Assembly (NCBI GenBank): GCA_034434995.1
Contig: DAOTYF010000020.1
Span: 2,486 to 66,485 of the forward strand
Origin: Anaerolineae bacterium
Lineage (GTDB): Bacteria; Chloroflexota; Anaerolineae; Aggregatilineales; UBA3940
DNA length: 64,000 nucleotides
Direction of reading: 5' to 3'
Shown: piece after piece, positions 27,598 through 36,194 of the stretch
Layout: each line of letters begins with the position of its first letter
Position numbering within the stretch: position 1 is the first letter of the stretch
Made by a program: the position numbers and the translations under genes
The notes under the pieces: generated by a model
Told to the model about the DNA's origin: nothing
Seen by the model: only the letters and a program-made list of their open reading frames with translations
Databases searched by the model: none

Positions 27598-29954
27598 CCC
27601 CCGTTGCAACACTGGGCTGTGCGCTGTGCGGGCTAACTGTTACACATCCCCTGACCAATGCGGCGGGGGATATCTTTTGCTGTCCGGCCTGCCGCGAGGT
27701 TCATAGCCTGCTCCAAACAACGGCAAACGCCCCCTCCAAAGCCCACGCTGCTGGGTCTGAGCGGGAAATCGCTGGGGTGGAACTTTCCCTCGGCGGGCTG
27801 TGGTGCGCCTCCTGCGCGTGGCTGATTGGTGAGACGCTTCAGCGCACGCACGGCGTCCAAAGCGCCGAGGTCAGCTTCGCTCGGCGCGAGGCGCGCGTCA
27901 CCTACGATCCGTCGCAGGTCGATCCACGGCGCCTGGCGCGGCGTATCCGGCGACTTGGCTACCGGGCTTGGCCAGCGGGTGAGAGGGCCGATTACGACGA
28001 AGAGGAGCGCCACGCCGATCTGCTACTTATCACGGGCGTCATTGCGGCCCACGATCTGATCATCAGCCTCTTTCTGTATATCTGGCAATATGTCGCGGGC
28101 GCGCCACAAGATACTGCCTGGCTGGCGACCTTCTTCCATTCGGTCCTGCTGGTAGGTGGTATACCGATGATACTGCTGCTGGGTCTGCCGATCCTCCGCG
28201 CCGGGATCGCCAGCCTGCTCACAGGCCGCCCAAACATGCACGCGCTGATCGCGCTGGGCGCGTTTTCGGCATTCGCGCTCTCGGTGCGGAACTTTCTTCT
28301 GGGCCATGGCCATCTCTATTTCGACACTGCTTCGATGCTGCTTTACCTAGTGGCTGTCGGGCGCTGGTTAGAGATTCGTGCCCAGAAGCAAAGCAATGAA
28401 GCTGTGGAGCGTCTGTTGAAGCAACTCCCCGATGAGGCAACCTGGTTGACACCGGAGGGGGAACAGCGGGTTCCGGTGGAACGCCTGCCAGCCGGAGCGC
28501 GCATCCTGGTGCGCCCCGGCGAACGCTTCCCCGTTGATGGGCTGATCGCCGTCGGTGAGGGTGATGTAGATGAGAGCCTGCTCACCGGCGAGCCAATCCC
28601 TGTGATGCGACGCCCCGGCGAGCAGGTGTTGGCGGGGACGATCAACGTGGATGGCGGCTTTGAGATCATCACCACGGCTGTCGGAGCCAGCACGGCTGCC
28701 GGACAGATCGGCAGGCTGCTGCACCAGGCCCTTTGGGAGCGCACGCCGATCCAACAGTTAGCCGACCGATTGGCGGGGTGGATGGTGCCCATCGCGGTGT
28801 TGATCGCCGCCGGGACGTTCACCTTCTGGGCAGCCCAATCTGGTGTGGAAACCGGCCTGATGAACGCGCTCTCGGTGCTGCTGATCGCCTGCCCATGTGC
28901 GCTGGGCCTGGCAACGCCGCTTACATTGTGGCTAGGCATTGGGCGGGCTGCTGAAGGCGGAGCCATTCTCCGTAGCAGCAGCGCACTAGAGCGCCTGGCG
29001 CAGGTCAGGCGGGTCTACTTTGATAAGACTGGCACGCTGACCCAACGGGAGTTCCGTGTGCAGTACATTCTCTCGCCAGGTATGGATACGGATGTGTTCC
29101 TGGCGTTCGTTGCCGCTGCTGAGGTTCGCTCCGAGCACCCATTTGGGAAAGCAGTGGTTGAAGCAGCACAGAGACGCGGGCTGGCTCTTGCAGATGCAGA
29201 AGGCTTCCACGCCATTCCAGGGCACGGCGTCAGCGCGCGGCTAGGCGAACTGCTCGTTATGGTCGGCAGCGGGCGTCTCATGGCGGATCGTGGACTGGTG
29301 ACGATGCCCGCGCTTGCCAATGCCGCTATGGACTGGCAGGCCGAGGGCTTATCCGTCATATATGCAGGCTGGGATGGGCAAGTACGGGGCTTGTTGGGGT
29401 TGGGTGAAGAGGCTCGTCCTATGGCGGACGGCGCAGTCGCTGACCTGCGCAGGTTGGGGCTGGATGTCTCTGTGCTGACAGGGGATGATGCCGCTGCGGG
29501 GGAGCGCTGGGCGCAGCGCTTGAACGTCCCGGTTTACGCAGAACTGCTCCCGGAGGATAAGATTCGGCATCTGAAGGAAAGTTCTCGCCCAGTAGCCATG
29601 GTTGGTGATGGGATCAACGATGGCCCTGCGCTGGCAGCGGCCCATGTCGGGATCGCGCTCAGCCACGGCACTGATGTGGCCCGCGCGGCGGCGGATGCCG
29701 TCCTCCTGGGCGATGATCTCCGTGCCGTTCCCTGGCTGATCCGACTGAGTCGTGCTGCCATGCACCGCGTCCGTCAGAACCTGGCATGGGCATTCGTCTA
29801 TAATTTGATCGGACTGGGGTTGGCAGCGACCGGACACCTGTGGCCGGTATTGTCTGCGCTTGCAATGGTGCTCAGCAGCGTCTTTGTCACAGGCAACGCA
29901 CTCCGATTGCGCCGGTTCCCTCTCTTCTCTGAAAATGGTAGTTCACCGAGCTGA
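27591..29954 (+). CDS. Copper-translocating P1B-type ATPase, CcoI/FixI-like
   Basis: N-terminal CALCG..FCCPACREVH (CcoI-type metal-binding domain), HMA-like GGLWCASCAWLIGETL, the TM CPC motif LIACPCALGLATP, DKTGTLT and GDGINDGPAL. The start overlaps the upstream stop (GTGGTAG). Confidence 0.9.
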   Translation: MVAPVATLGCALCGLTVTHPLTNAAGDIFCCPACREVHSLLQTTANAPSKAHAAGSEREIAGVELSLGGLWCASCAWLIGETLQRTHGVQSAEVSFARREARVTYDPSQVDPRRLARRIRRLGYRAWPAGERADYDEEERHADLLLITGVIAAHDLIISLFLYIWQYVAGAPQDTAWLATFFHSVLLVGGIPMILLLGLPILRAGIASLLTGRPNMHALIALGAFSAFALSVRNFLLGHGHLYFDTASMLLYLVAVGRWLEIRAQKQSNEAVERLLKQLPDEATWLTPEGEQRVPVERLPAGARILVRPGERFPVDGLIAVGEGDVDESLLTGEPIPVMRRPGEQVLAGTINVDGGFEIITTAVGASTAAGQIGRLLHQALWERTPIQQLADRLAGWMVPIAVLIAAGTFTFWAAQSGVETGLMNALSVLLIACPCALGLATPLTLWLGIGRAAEGGAILRSSSALERLAQVRRVYFDKTGTLTQREFRVQYILSPGMDTDVFLAFVAAAEVRSEHPFGKAVVEAAQRRGLALADAEGFHAIPGHGVSARLGELLVMVGSGRLMADRGLVTMPALANAAMDWQAEGLSVIYAGWDGQVRGLLGLGEEARPMADGAVADLRRLGLDVSVLTGDDAAAGERWAQRLNVPVYAELLPEDKIRHLKESSRPVAMVGDGINDGPALAAAHVGIALSHGTDVARAAADAVLLGDDLRAVPWLIRLSRAAMHRVRQNLAWAFVYNLIGLGLAATGHLWPVLSALAMVLSSVFVTGNALRLRRFPLFSENGSSPS

Positions 29955-29960
29955 TTTCTG

Positions 29961-32069
29961 ATGTTTAAGCCATCTTACTACAGCAACCGCCGCCTTCTCA
30001 GGGCACTGGAGGGACTCTGGTCGCGCTTTGAGGGAATGCTGGATCGTCTCTCCAGCACGGCACAAGGGGATGCCAAACCCCGCCTTAACTTCAACCCTTT
30101 TTATCATCTGGGCACGCTATCGATCCTCTTGCTGATCGTCCTGCTGGTGACGGGGGTGTACCTCACGGTTGTCTATAAGCCCGGGCCTCTGCGCGCCTAT
30201 GCCTCGCTGGAACTGATCAGTGCCTCCTGGATCGGCTCTCTTATTCGCAGCATCCACCGCTACGCCTCAGATGCTTTGATCGTTGTGCTGGTGTTGCACG
30301 CGCTCAAGATGCTGCTCAGTGACCGCTTCTGGGGGGGACGCTGGTTGGCCTGGGTATCGGGCATGGTGTTGGTGCTGCTGATCCTGGTTATTGGGGCAAT
30401 GGGTTACTTCCTGGTCTGGGATCAGCAGGGGCAATGGTTAGGGGAATACTTTATCAACTTCTTGGGTGGGGATATCCCGTTCACCTTTTCCTCTCCAGCG
30501 GCAGTATCGGGCGCGTTCCAGTTCTTCGTGATCATTCTGTTCCTGCACATCTTTCTTTCGCTGATCATCGCGGCTGGAATCTGGATTCATGAGATGCGCC
30601 TCCAACGGGCGAAGGTCTGGGCGCCGCGTTGGCTGATGATCACCACGCTCGTAGCGCTGGCGATCCTGGCGCTTGCCTGGCCCGTCCGCAGCGGCCCACC
30701 TGCCGACCTGAGCACCTTGGTAACTACAGTCCGATTGGACTGGCTGTATCTTGGCTTCCTGCCGCTGTCCCGCCAGTTTGGATCGGCAACGGTGTGGATC
30801 GTGTCTGGAGTGGTTGTTGTCAGTGTTAGCGCACTGCCGTGGCTGGCGCGCGGGAGGCACCACGGCCCCGCTCTTGTGACGGAGGAACTGTGTACCGGGT
30901 GTGCAGTGTGTGCCCGCGAATGCCCTTATGATGCGCTGTCGGTCGTGCCGCGCGTGATTGACGACCGTTACGAGTCCTCGGTCGCGGTCAACGCGGCCCT
31001 GTGTACCGGATGTGGTCTGTGCGTGGGTGACTGCGCTACGATTGGCATCGAACTGCCAGAACTTCGCACTGAGCAGATCGTAGCTGATCTGCGGCAGGCT
31101 CTTGCCAGTGCGCAGGGCCAATCCCCGGTGGTGGTGTTCGCCTGTCAGCGGCACACCACCTTGGGGACGCTGCCGGTCGGCGCTCATCAAGAATCTGCCA
31201 TCGGCGCAGCGGCGGGACGATCCGCCCATCAAACGGTCACACTCGCCACGTTGGGGGTGGGCAACCCGGAGCCGGCGGTTCCGCTGATCACCTGCACCGT
31301 GCCTTGTGCCGGGATGACCCAGTCGAAGTGGATTCGGGGGTGTCTCTCCCATGGCGCACGTGCGGTAGTGCTCCTGACCTGCCCTGCCGACGACTGTGGC
31401 TTCCGCGAGGGGCCGCGCTGGCTGATCGGGCGACTGAGCCGGGGGCGTAATGCCAACCTGCTCGGCAATCGCGTCCACTGGCTGGAAGCTGCGCCGGGTG
31501 ATCGTGGGGGGTTCAGGCGGCTGTTCGAGTCACTGGTCAGCGAGGGAGAGAATCGAAAGGAGTTCCCCGCCAGAGGGCTGCCGACACCCATCTCCTTTGC
31601 CGGGGGATTCGTCCTTCTGCTGCTGACCCTCGCCATGGCACTGTTAGCTGACTGGCCCGCTGTTGCCTGGGCCACCGATCAGGGGGCCATTCGTATTGTT
31701 TTGAGCCACACATCGGATATCATGGCTGCTACGCTGGGCATCAATACCGACTCGCAGAACCTGCCGGAAGGTGTGACACCGGAACAGGTTCTCGGCGGCG
31801 CGCGTTACCCGGTGCGCTTGCGGGTCGAGATCGATGGCGAGGTCGTTGGCGAATGGACATACCAGGCCAGCGGCCTGCATCACGAGGGAGCCGCTTATGG
31901 GCTGGAAACGCTGTGGCGGGACCCTGGCACCTATCCGCTTACCATCTTCATGATGGATGACGGTGAGCACTGGCGCGAGGTGTTTGCAGGTGATATTGTA
32001 GTTGAGACTGCTAGGGTGAGCGTACTGACCTATGATAGTGAGCAGGATGCCTTCATCCTGAACCAATAG
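29961..32069 (+). CDS. Fusion protein: bc-type cytochrome b (helices A-F), 2x[4Fe-4S] ferredoxin, MvhD/FlpD-like domain, TM helix and an unknown C-terminal domain
   Basis: The cytochrome b part has LVTGVYL, SLIRSIHRYASDALIVVLVLHALK (H99-x13-H113), GYFLVWDQQGQW and FLHIFLSLIIAAGIWIH (H196-x13-H210). Ferredoxin motifs are CTGCAVCARECP and CTGCGLCVGDCA (about 30873-31055). The MvhD-like part has VVVFACQRH..CTVPCAGMTQSKWIRGCLSHGARAVVLLTCPADDCGFREG (about 31122-31445). A TM helix at residues ~545-570 is followed by a ~130-aa tail. Confidence 0.85.
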   Translation: MFKPSYYSNRRLLRALEGLWSRFEGMLDRLSSTAQGDAKPRLNFNPFYHLGTLSILLLIVLLVTGVYLTVVYKPGPLRAYASLELISASWIGSLIRSIHRYASDALIVVLVLHALKMLLSDRFWGGRWLAWVSGMVLVLLILVIGAMGYFLVWDQQGQWLGEYFINFLGGDIPFTFSSPAAVSGAFQFFVIILFLHIFLSLIIAAGIWIHEMRLQRAKVWAPRWLMITTLVALAILALAWPVRSGPPADLSTLVTTVRLDWLYLGFLPLSRQFGSATVWIVSGVVVVSVSALPWLARGRHHGPALVTEELCTGCAVCARECPYDALSVVPRVIDDRYESSVAVNAALCTGCGLCVGDCATIGIELPELRTEQIVADLRQALASAQGQSPVVVFACQRHTTLGTLPVGAHQESAIGAAAGRSAHQTVTLATLGVGNPEPAVPLITCTVPCAGMTQSKWIRGCLSHGARAVVLLTCPADDCGFREGPRWLIGRLSRGRNANLLGNRVHWLEAAPGDRGGFRRLFESLVSEGENRKEFPARGLPTPISFAGGFVLLLLTLAMALLADWPAVAWATDQGAIRIVLSHTSDIMAATLGINTDSQNLPEGVTPEQVLGGARYPVRLRVEIDGEVVGEWTYQASGLHHEGAAYGLETLWRDPGTYPLTIFMMDDGEHWREVFAGDIVVETARVSVLTYDSEQDAFILNQ

Positions 32070-32096
32070 CATCCTACGGTAAAAGGAGAGAGTTCA

Positions 32097-32498
32097 ATGT
32101 TGTCGTTTTGGCGCAGATGGGCCTGGATCGCGACGGCTATCCTGGTGGGGTTGGCGTTAGCGGCCTGTGGCAATGGCGGCAGTGAGTCCGCCATCGGTGA
32201 TCCGGCTCAGGGCCGTCAGATCTACGAAACAGGTGGAGCCAGCGGAGTTCCTTGCCTGACGTGCCACACGCTCGACGGATCTGCGCTGGTTGGCCCCTCC
32301 TTTCAGGGTATTGCCGGGCGCGCCGGGACTCGTGTCGAGGGCTTGAGTGCGGAGGAATATCTCAGGCAATCCATTCTGGAACCGACTGCCTATGTGGTTG
32401 AGGGATTTGAGCCAACAATGCCCGAAACCTACGCGGATACGCTGTCTGAAGACGATATTAACAACGTCATTGCATTTCTGCTGTCGCTGCCGGACTGA
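32097..32498 (+). CDS. Lipoprotein class-I c-type cytochrome
   Basis: Signal peptide plus lipobox LALAAC, haem motif CLTCH (32253-32267), and distal Met candidate in EPTMPE. Length is 133 aa. Confidence 0.85.
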   Translation: MLSFWRRWAWIATAILVGLALAACGNGGSESAIGDPAQGRQIYETGGASGVPCLTCHTLDGSALVGPSFQGIAGRAGTRVEGLSAEEYLRQSILEPTAYVVEGFEPTMPETYADTLSEDDINNVIAFLLSLPD

Positions 32499-32552
32499 GA
32501 GCCGCCGCCCGGTGGGTAGCATTATAGTGCAGTGTCCCATTGGCGGGCCTGC

Positions 32553-33545
32553 TCAGTCCTTGATATAAGGCAGCCCCAAGGCACGTGGCATCCGGGTGCG
32601 ACCCGCCAGCCCAATGTAAACCAGCAGCGTCAGCACGTAGGGGAAAGCCAGCGCGAAGTGATAGGGGATGCCGACGTTGAGCGCTTGGAGGCGCAGCCCA
32701 ACAGCTTCTGCCGCGCCAAAAAGCAGGGCTACTAGGGCTGCCCGTGCCGGCGACCAGTTTGCCACGATGACGACCGCCAGCACAATGAAGCCGCGCCCGC
32801 CGGTCATCCCTTCGATGAAGGTGTAGAGCTGGCCTAGCGAGAAGAACGTCCCTGCCATGCCTGCCAGCAGCCCACACAGGATCACGGCGAGGTAGCGGGT
32901 GCGTGCGATGCTTATGCCAACACTGTCGGCAGCGCGAGGGTGCTCGCCGACGGCTTGGACGCTCAGACCCCACGTCGTGCGAAACAGCACCACGCTCATG
33001 ACCAGCACCACGCCGTAGGTCAGGTAGATCAGCGGTATCTGGTTGAAGAAGATCGTGCCGACGACCGGAATCTGGCTAAGCACCGGCACGGGCCATGGCT
33101 CGAAATGAGCGACAATCGGGCGCTCCGTGATTCCGTACAGCGCGCGGAAGACGAAGGTAGTCAATCCCAGAACACCAATGTTCATGGCTGCCCCAGAGAC
33201 AACCTGGTTGGCAGCCAACGTGATCACGACAAAGGCGTGGATTGCAGCCACCAACCCACCAGCCAGCATCCCACATAGCAGGCCGATCCAGGGACTCCCG
33301 GAATAGTAGGCTCCCACCATTCCCCCCAGCGCCCCGGCCAGCATCATTCCCTCCAGGCCGATGTTGACCACCCCGCTGCGCTCCGAGGTGATCTCGCCCG
33401 CCGACGCTACCGCGAGGGGCATGGCAAAGCGCACGCTGGCAGAGGCGAAGTCAACGGATAAGAAGATGTTAATGAGCGTGCTCAACAAGGCGCACCGTCC
33501 TTCGTTTCCGCAGCAGGCGGATGAGGGTAAGAGACTGGCTGGCAA
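32553..33545 (-). CDS. ABC transporter permease (BMP/nucleoside-type, second permease)
   Basis: GEITSERSGVVNIGLEGMMLAGA is typical of RbsC/YufQ-like permeases. The true start is probably a TTG near 33485, overlapping the upstream gene end. Confidence 0.8.
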   Translation of the reverse strand: MPASLLPSSACCGNEGRCALLSTLINIFLSVDFASASVRFAMPLAVASAGEITSERSGVVNIGLEGMMLAGALGGMVGAYYSGSPWIGLLCGMLAGGLVAAIHAFVVITLAANQVVSGAAMNIGVLGLTTFVFRALYGITERPIVAHFEPWPVPVLSQIPVVGTIFFNQIPLIYLTYGVVLVMSVVLFRTTWGLSVQAVGEHPRAADSVGISIARTRYLAVILCGLLAGMAGTFFSLGQLYTFIEGMTGGRGFIVLAVVIVANWSPARAALVALLFGAAEAVGLRLQALNVGIPYHFALAFPYVLTLLVYIGLAGRTRMPRALGLPYIKD

Positions 33546-34698
33546 TGATGAACATCATGGTGACGCCCTGGATGAAGGAGGTCATTCCCTGTGCTACACC
33601 CAAGGCGCGGTGCGCGTTTCCCACGCCATTGCTCAGCGCACCGAAGAATAACCCTGCCGCCACGACGCCGAATGGCGTAGTTTGCCCTACGAGCGCCACT
33701 GCGATGGCATCAAAGCCATAGCCGGGGGAGAAGAAGTCACTGAGGCGGAACTGAACGCCCAGGATGACCGCTGCCCCTGCCATGCCTGCCAGACCTCCAC
33801 CTATCAGCATGGAGAGAACGGTGCTGCGCTGCACGGCAATGCCTGCGAAGCGCGAGGTCTCTGGCCCGGCGCCGACAGCCCGCATCTCGAAGCCCAGGGT
33901 AGTATGCCACAGCAGGAAGTGGGTGAGCGCGGCGATGATCAAGGCGACGACGATCCCCAAATGAATCCGTGCTGCTGGCAAGATCAAGGGGAGCTGAGCC
34001 GACTCCGGGACTCTGACCGTCCATGCATAGCCGTAGCTATCAGGGTCTTTGAGCGGGCCATGCACAAGGTAGCTGATGATCCAGAAGCCAATATAGTTCA
34101 GCATGATGGTGGTGATGATCTCGTTGAGGTTCTTGGAGGCCCGCAACCAGCCAGGGAAGGCCCCCCACAAGCCACCGCCAACGAACCCACCAAGCAGCGC
34201 CAGTGGCAGGTGGATAGTAGGCGGCAGGCCGGGAAACGCCAGCGCCACTAACGTGGCAGCCAGCGCGCCCATGTAGATCTGCCCCTCGCCGCCGATGTTG
34301 AGCAGCCCGCAGCGGAAGGGCAAGGCCACGCCCAGCCCGGCCAGGATCAGCGGAATGGCGTTGGTGATGGTCACGCCTATTGCCTGGGGGGTCCCCAATG
34401 CCCCGTCCGCCATCACCGCGTAAACTTCAATAGGGCGATAGCCAGCAAAAGCCAGGGTCACCCCGGTAACTAGCAACGCACCCACAATAGCCAGCGCTGA
34501 AGCACCCAGCCCTGGCAACCAGCCTTCCTCCGGGGCAAACGTGCGCTGGAGGAGCCTCCAGAGGTTCAGGCCTTGCTCAGGGCTTCGAGGGGAGTCCCGG
34601 TCATCATCATCCCCAGAGTCAAGCGGTCTACCTGATCGGACGGGACCTCGCCCATTATCTTGCCCCCGTGAATCACTGCGACCCGATCGCTCAGACAC
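33469..34698 (-). CDS. ABC transporter permease (BMP/nucleoside-type, first permease)
   Basis: LLNIGGEGQIYMGAL plus about ten hydrophobic helices. The listed N-terminal ~45 aa overlap the ATPase gene and are probably not translated. A CTGA-type junction lies at 34566-34570. Confidence 0.8.
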   Translation of the reverse strand: MSERSGRSDSRGQDNGRGPVRSGRPLDSGDDDDRDSPRSPEQGLNLWRLLQRTFAPEEGWLPGLGASALAIVGALLVTGVTLAFAGYRPIEVYAVMADGALGTPQAIGVTITNAIPLILAGLGVALPFRCGLLNIGGEGQIYMGALAATLVALAFPGLPPTIHLPLALLGGFVGGGLWGAFPGWLRASKNLNEIITTIMLNYIGFWIISYLVHGPLKDPDSYGYAWTVRVPESAQLPLILPAARIHLGIVVALIIAALTHFLLWHTTLGFEMRAVGAGPETSRFAGIAVQRSTVLSMLIGGGLAGMAGAAVILGVQFRLSDFFSPGYGFDAIAVALVGQTTPFGVVAAGLFFGALSNGVGNAHRALGVAQGMTSFIQGVTMMFIIASQSLTLIRLLRKRRTVRLVEHAH

Positions 34699-36095
34699 AG
34701 TATCTCCTCCAGATCGCTTGAGATGAGCAGGATGCCTGCCCCCCGATCTCGATGCTCCAACAATCGTCGGTAGGTGTACTCCGTTGCGCCCACATCCAAC
34801 CCTCGGGTCGCGTTGGCTACGATCAGCACGTCGGGGTCATGATGCAACTCGCGGGCGAGGATCAGCTTTTGCTGATTGCCGCCGGATAGAGTGCTGACGG
34901 CCACCTCCACGCTGGGAGCCTTGATGTCAAACTCGGCCACAAGCCTGCGCGCAAAGCGCGCCATCTGACCCAAGCGCAAGACGCCCCAGCGGGCATGTGG
35001 CTCACGAAAGTAGCTCTGCAGGGTCAGATTCTCCCAGATCGAGAGGGGTAACAGCAACCCCATTGTCCGTCGGTCCTCTGGGATGCGAGCTATGTTCAGA
35101 TCAGCGAGTTGGCGGGGTTCATAGCCGGTCACGTCGATCCCTTTCAACGTAACCCGGCCCCGCGCCGGGCGGATTAGGCCACACAGCACTTCGAGCAGCG
35201 CACGTTGCCCATTGCCGTCGATTCCGGCCAGACCCAGGATCTCACCTGCGTGGACGGCCAGTGAGACGCCGCGCAATTGGTCACGACCATGTTCGCGCTC
35301 GACCCACACATCGGACACCTCCAGTACCCTATGCTCGGGGTCCTGCCGTGGGGACTTCTCAACGGACAGCACAACAGGGCGTCCGACCATCAACTGGGCA
35401 AGCTGGGGCTGCGTTGCTTCACTGGTCTTAAGCGTTGCTACGTGATGTCCATCGCGCAGGACAGTCACGCGATCGCTGATCGCCAGCACTTCATCTAACT
35501 TGTGACTGATAAAAATGGTCGCGTGGCCTTGCTCGGCCAGACGGCGGAGGATACCAAACAGCATCTGCACCTCGTCCGGGGTGAGCACCGCCGTCGGCTC
35601 GTCCATGATGAGCAGGTCAGCACCGCGATAGAGCACCTTGAGGATTTCAACCCGCTGCTGCATCCCCAGCGGTAGGTCCTGGATTTCCGTGTTGAAGTCA
35701 ATATCAAGCCCATACTGGTCGGCCAGAGCGCGTAGCCGTCTAGAGACCCCCTTCAGATCCAGCCAAGGGCCTCTTCCAGTGTTTGTGCCTAGCACGACGC
35801 TCTGCACGGCGGTGAAACGTGGCACCAGCATAAAGTGTTGATGCACCATCCCGATACCCAGCGCGGTTGCATCCCTGGGACTGCGAATGCTGACCGGCTG
35901 ACCACGCAGGGTGATTCTTCCGGCATCAGGGGTCGTCATGCCGTAGAGGATGTTCATCAGCGTAGTCTTGCCTGCCCCATTTTCGCCGAGCAGGGCATGT
36001 ATCTCGCCCTCGGCAACCTCGAAATCCACCTCATGATTGGCGATCACACCGGGATAGACCTTGGTGATCCCTTCCATCCGTAGCAAGGTGCCCAT
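34566..36095 (-). CDS. ABC transporter ATP-binding protein with duplicated ATPase domains
   Basis: The start is MGTLLRMEGITKVYPG at 36095 after GGAAGGA. Two nucleotide-binding domains are present (GENGAGKTT..LLIMDEPT and GIDGNGQ..LSGGNQQK..LIVANATRGLD). Confidence 0.9.
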   Translation of the reverse strand: MGTLLRMEGITKVYPGVIANHEVDFEVAEGEIHALLGENGAGKTTLMNILYGMTTPDAGRITLRGQPVSIRSPRDATALGIGMVHQHFMLVPRFTAVQSVVLGTNTGRGPWLDLKGVSRRLRALADQYGLDIDFNTEIQDLPLGMQQRVEILKVLYRGADLLIMDEPTAVLTPDEVQMLFGILRRLAEQGHATIFISHKLDEVLAISDRVTVLRDGHHVATLKTSEATQPQLAQLMVGRPVVLSVEKSPRQDPEHRVLEVSDVWVEREHGRDQLRGVSLAVHAGEILGLAGIDGNGQRALLEVLCGLIRPARGRVTLKGIDVTGYEPRQLADLNIARIPEDRRTMGLLLPLSIWENLTLQSYFREPHARWGVLRLGQMARFARRLVAEFDIKAPSVEVAVSTLSGGNQQKLILARELHHDPDVLIVANATRGLDVGATEYTYRRLLEHRDRGAGILLISSDLEEILCLSDRVAVIHGGKIMGEVPSDQVDRLTLGMMMTGTPLEALSKA

Positions 36096-36137
36096 GTGTC
36101 CTTCCGCTTTGGGTCTCCAAATGGCCGGTGGGCCGCA

Positions 36138-36171
36138 CCTGCCCCCACTCCGCACAGGCAGCGGGGGCAGG
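36138..36171 (-). other. GC-rich hairpin between the binding-protein and ATPase genes
   Basis: CCTGCCCCC-16 nt-GGGGGCAGG forms a 9-bp stem. This is the typical position for a stabiliser or attenuator that enriches binding-protein mRNA. Confidence 0.4.
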
Positions 36172-36194
36172 TAGAGAAAGTTGTGAGCAGCTAC

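Noticed and set aside
30438-31478. 346-aa ORF antisense to the cytochrome b-FeS fusion gene.
   Set aside because: The forward frame carries multiple independent cofactor motifs. The antisense product is low-complexity and Arg/Gly/Pro-rich.
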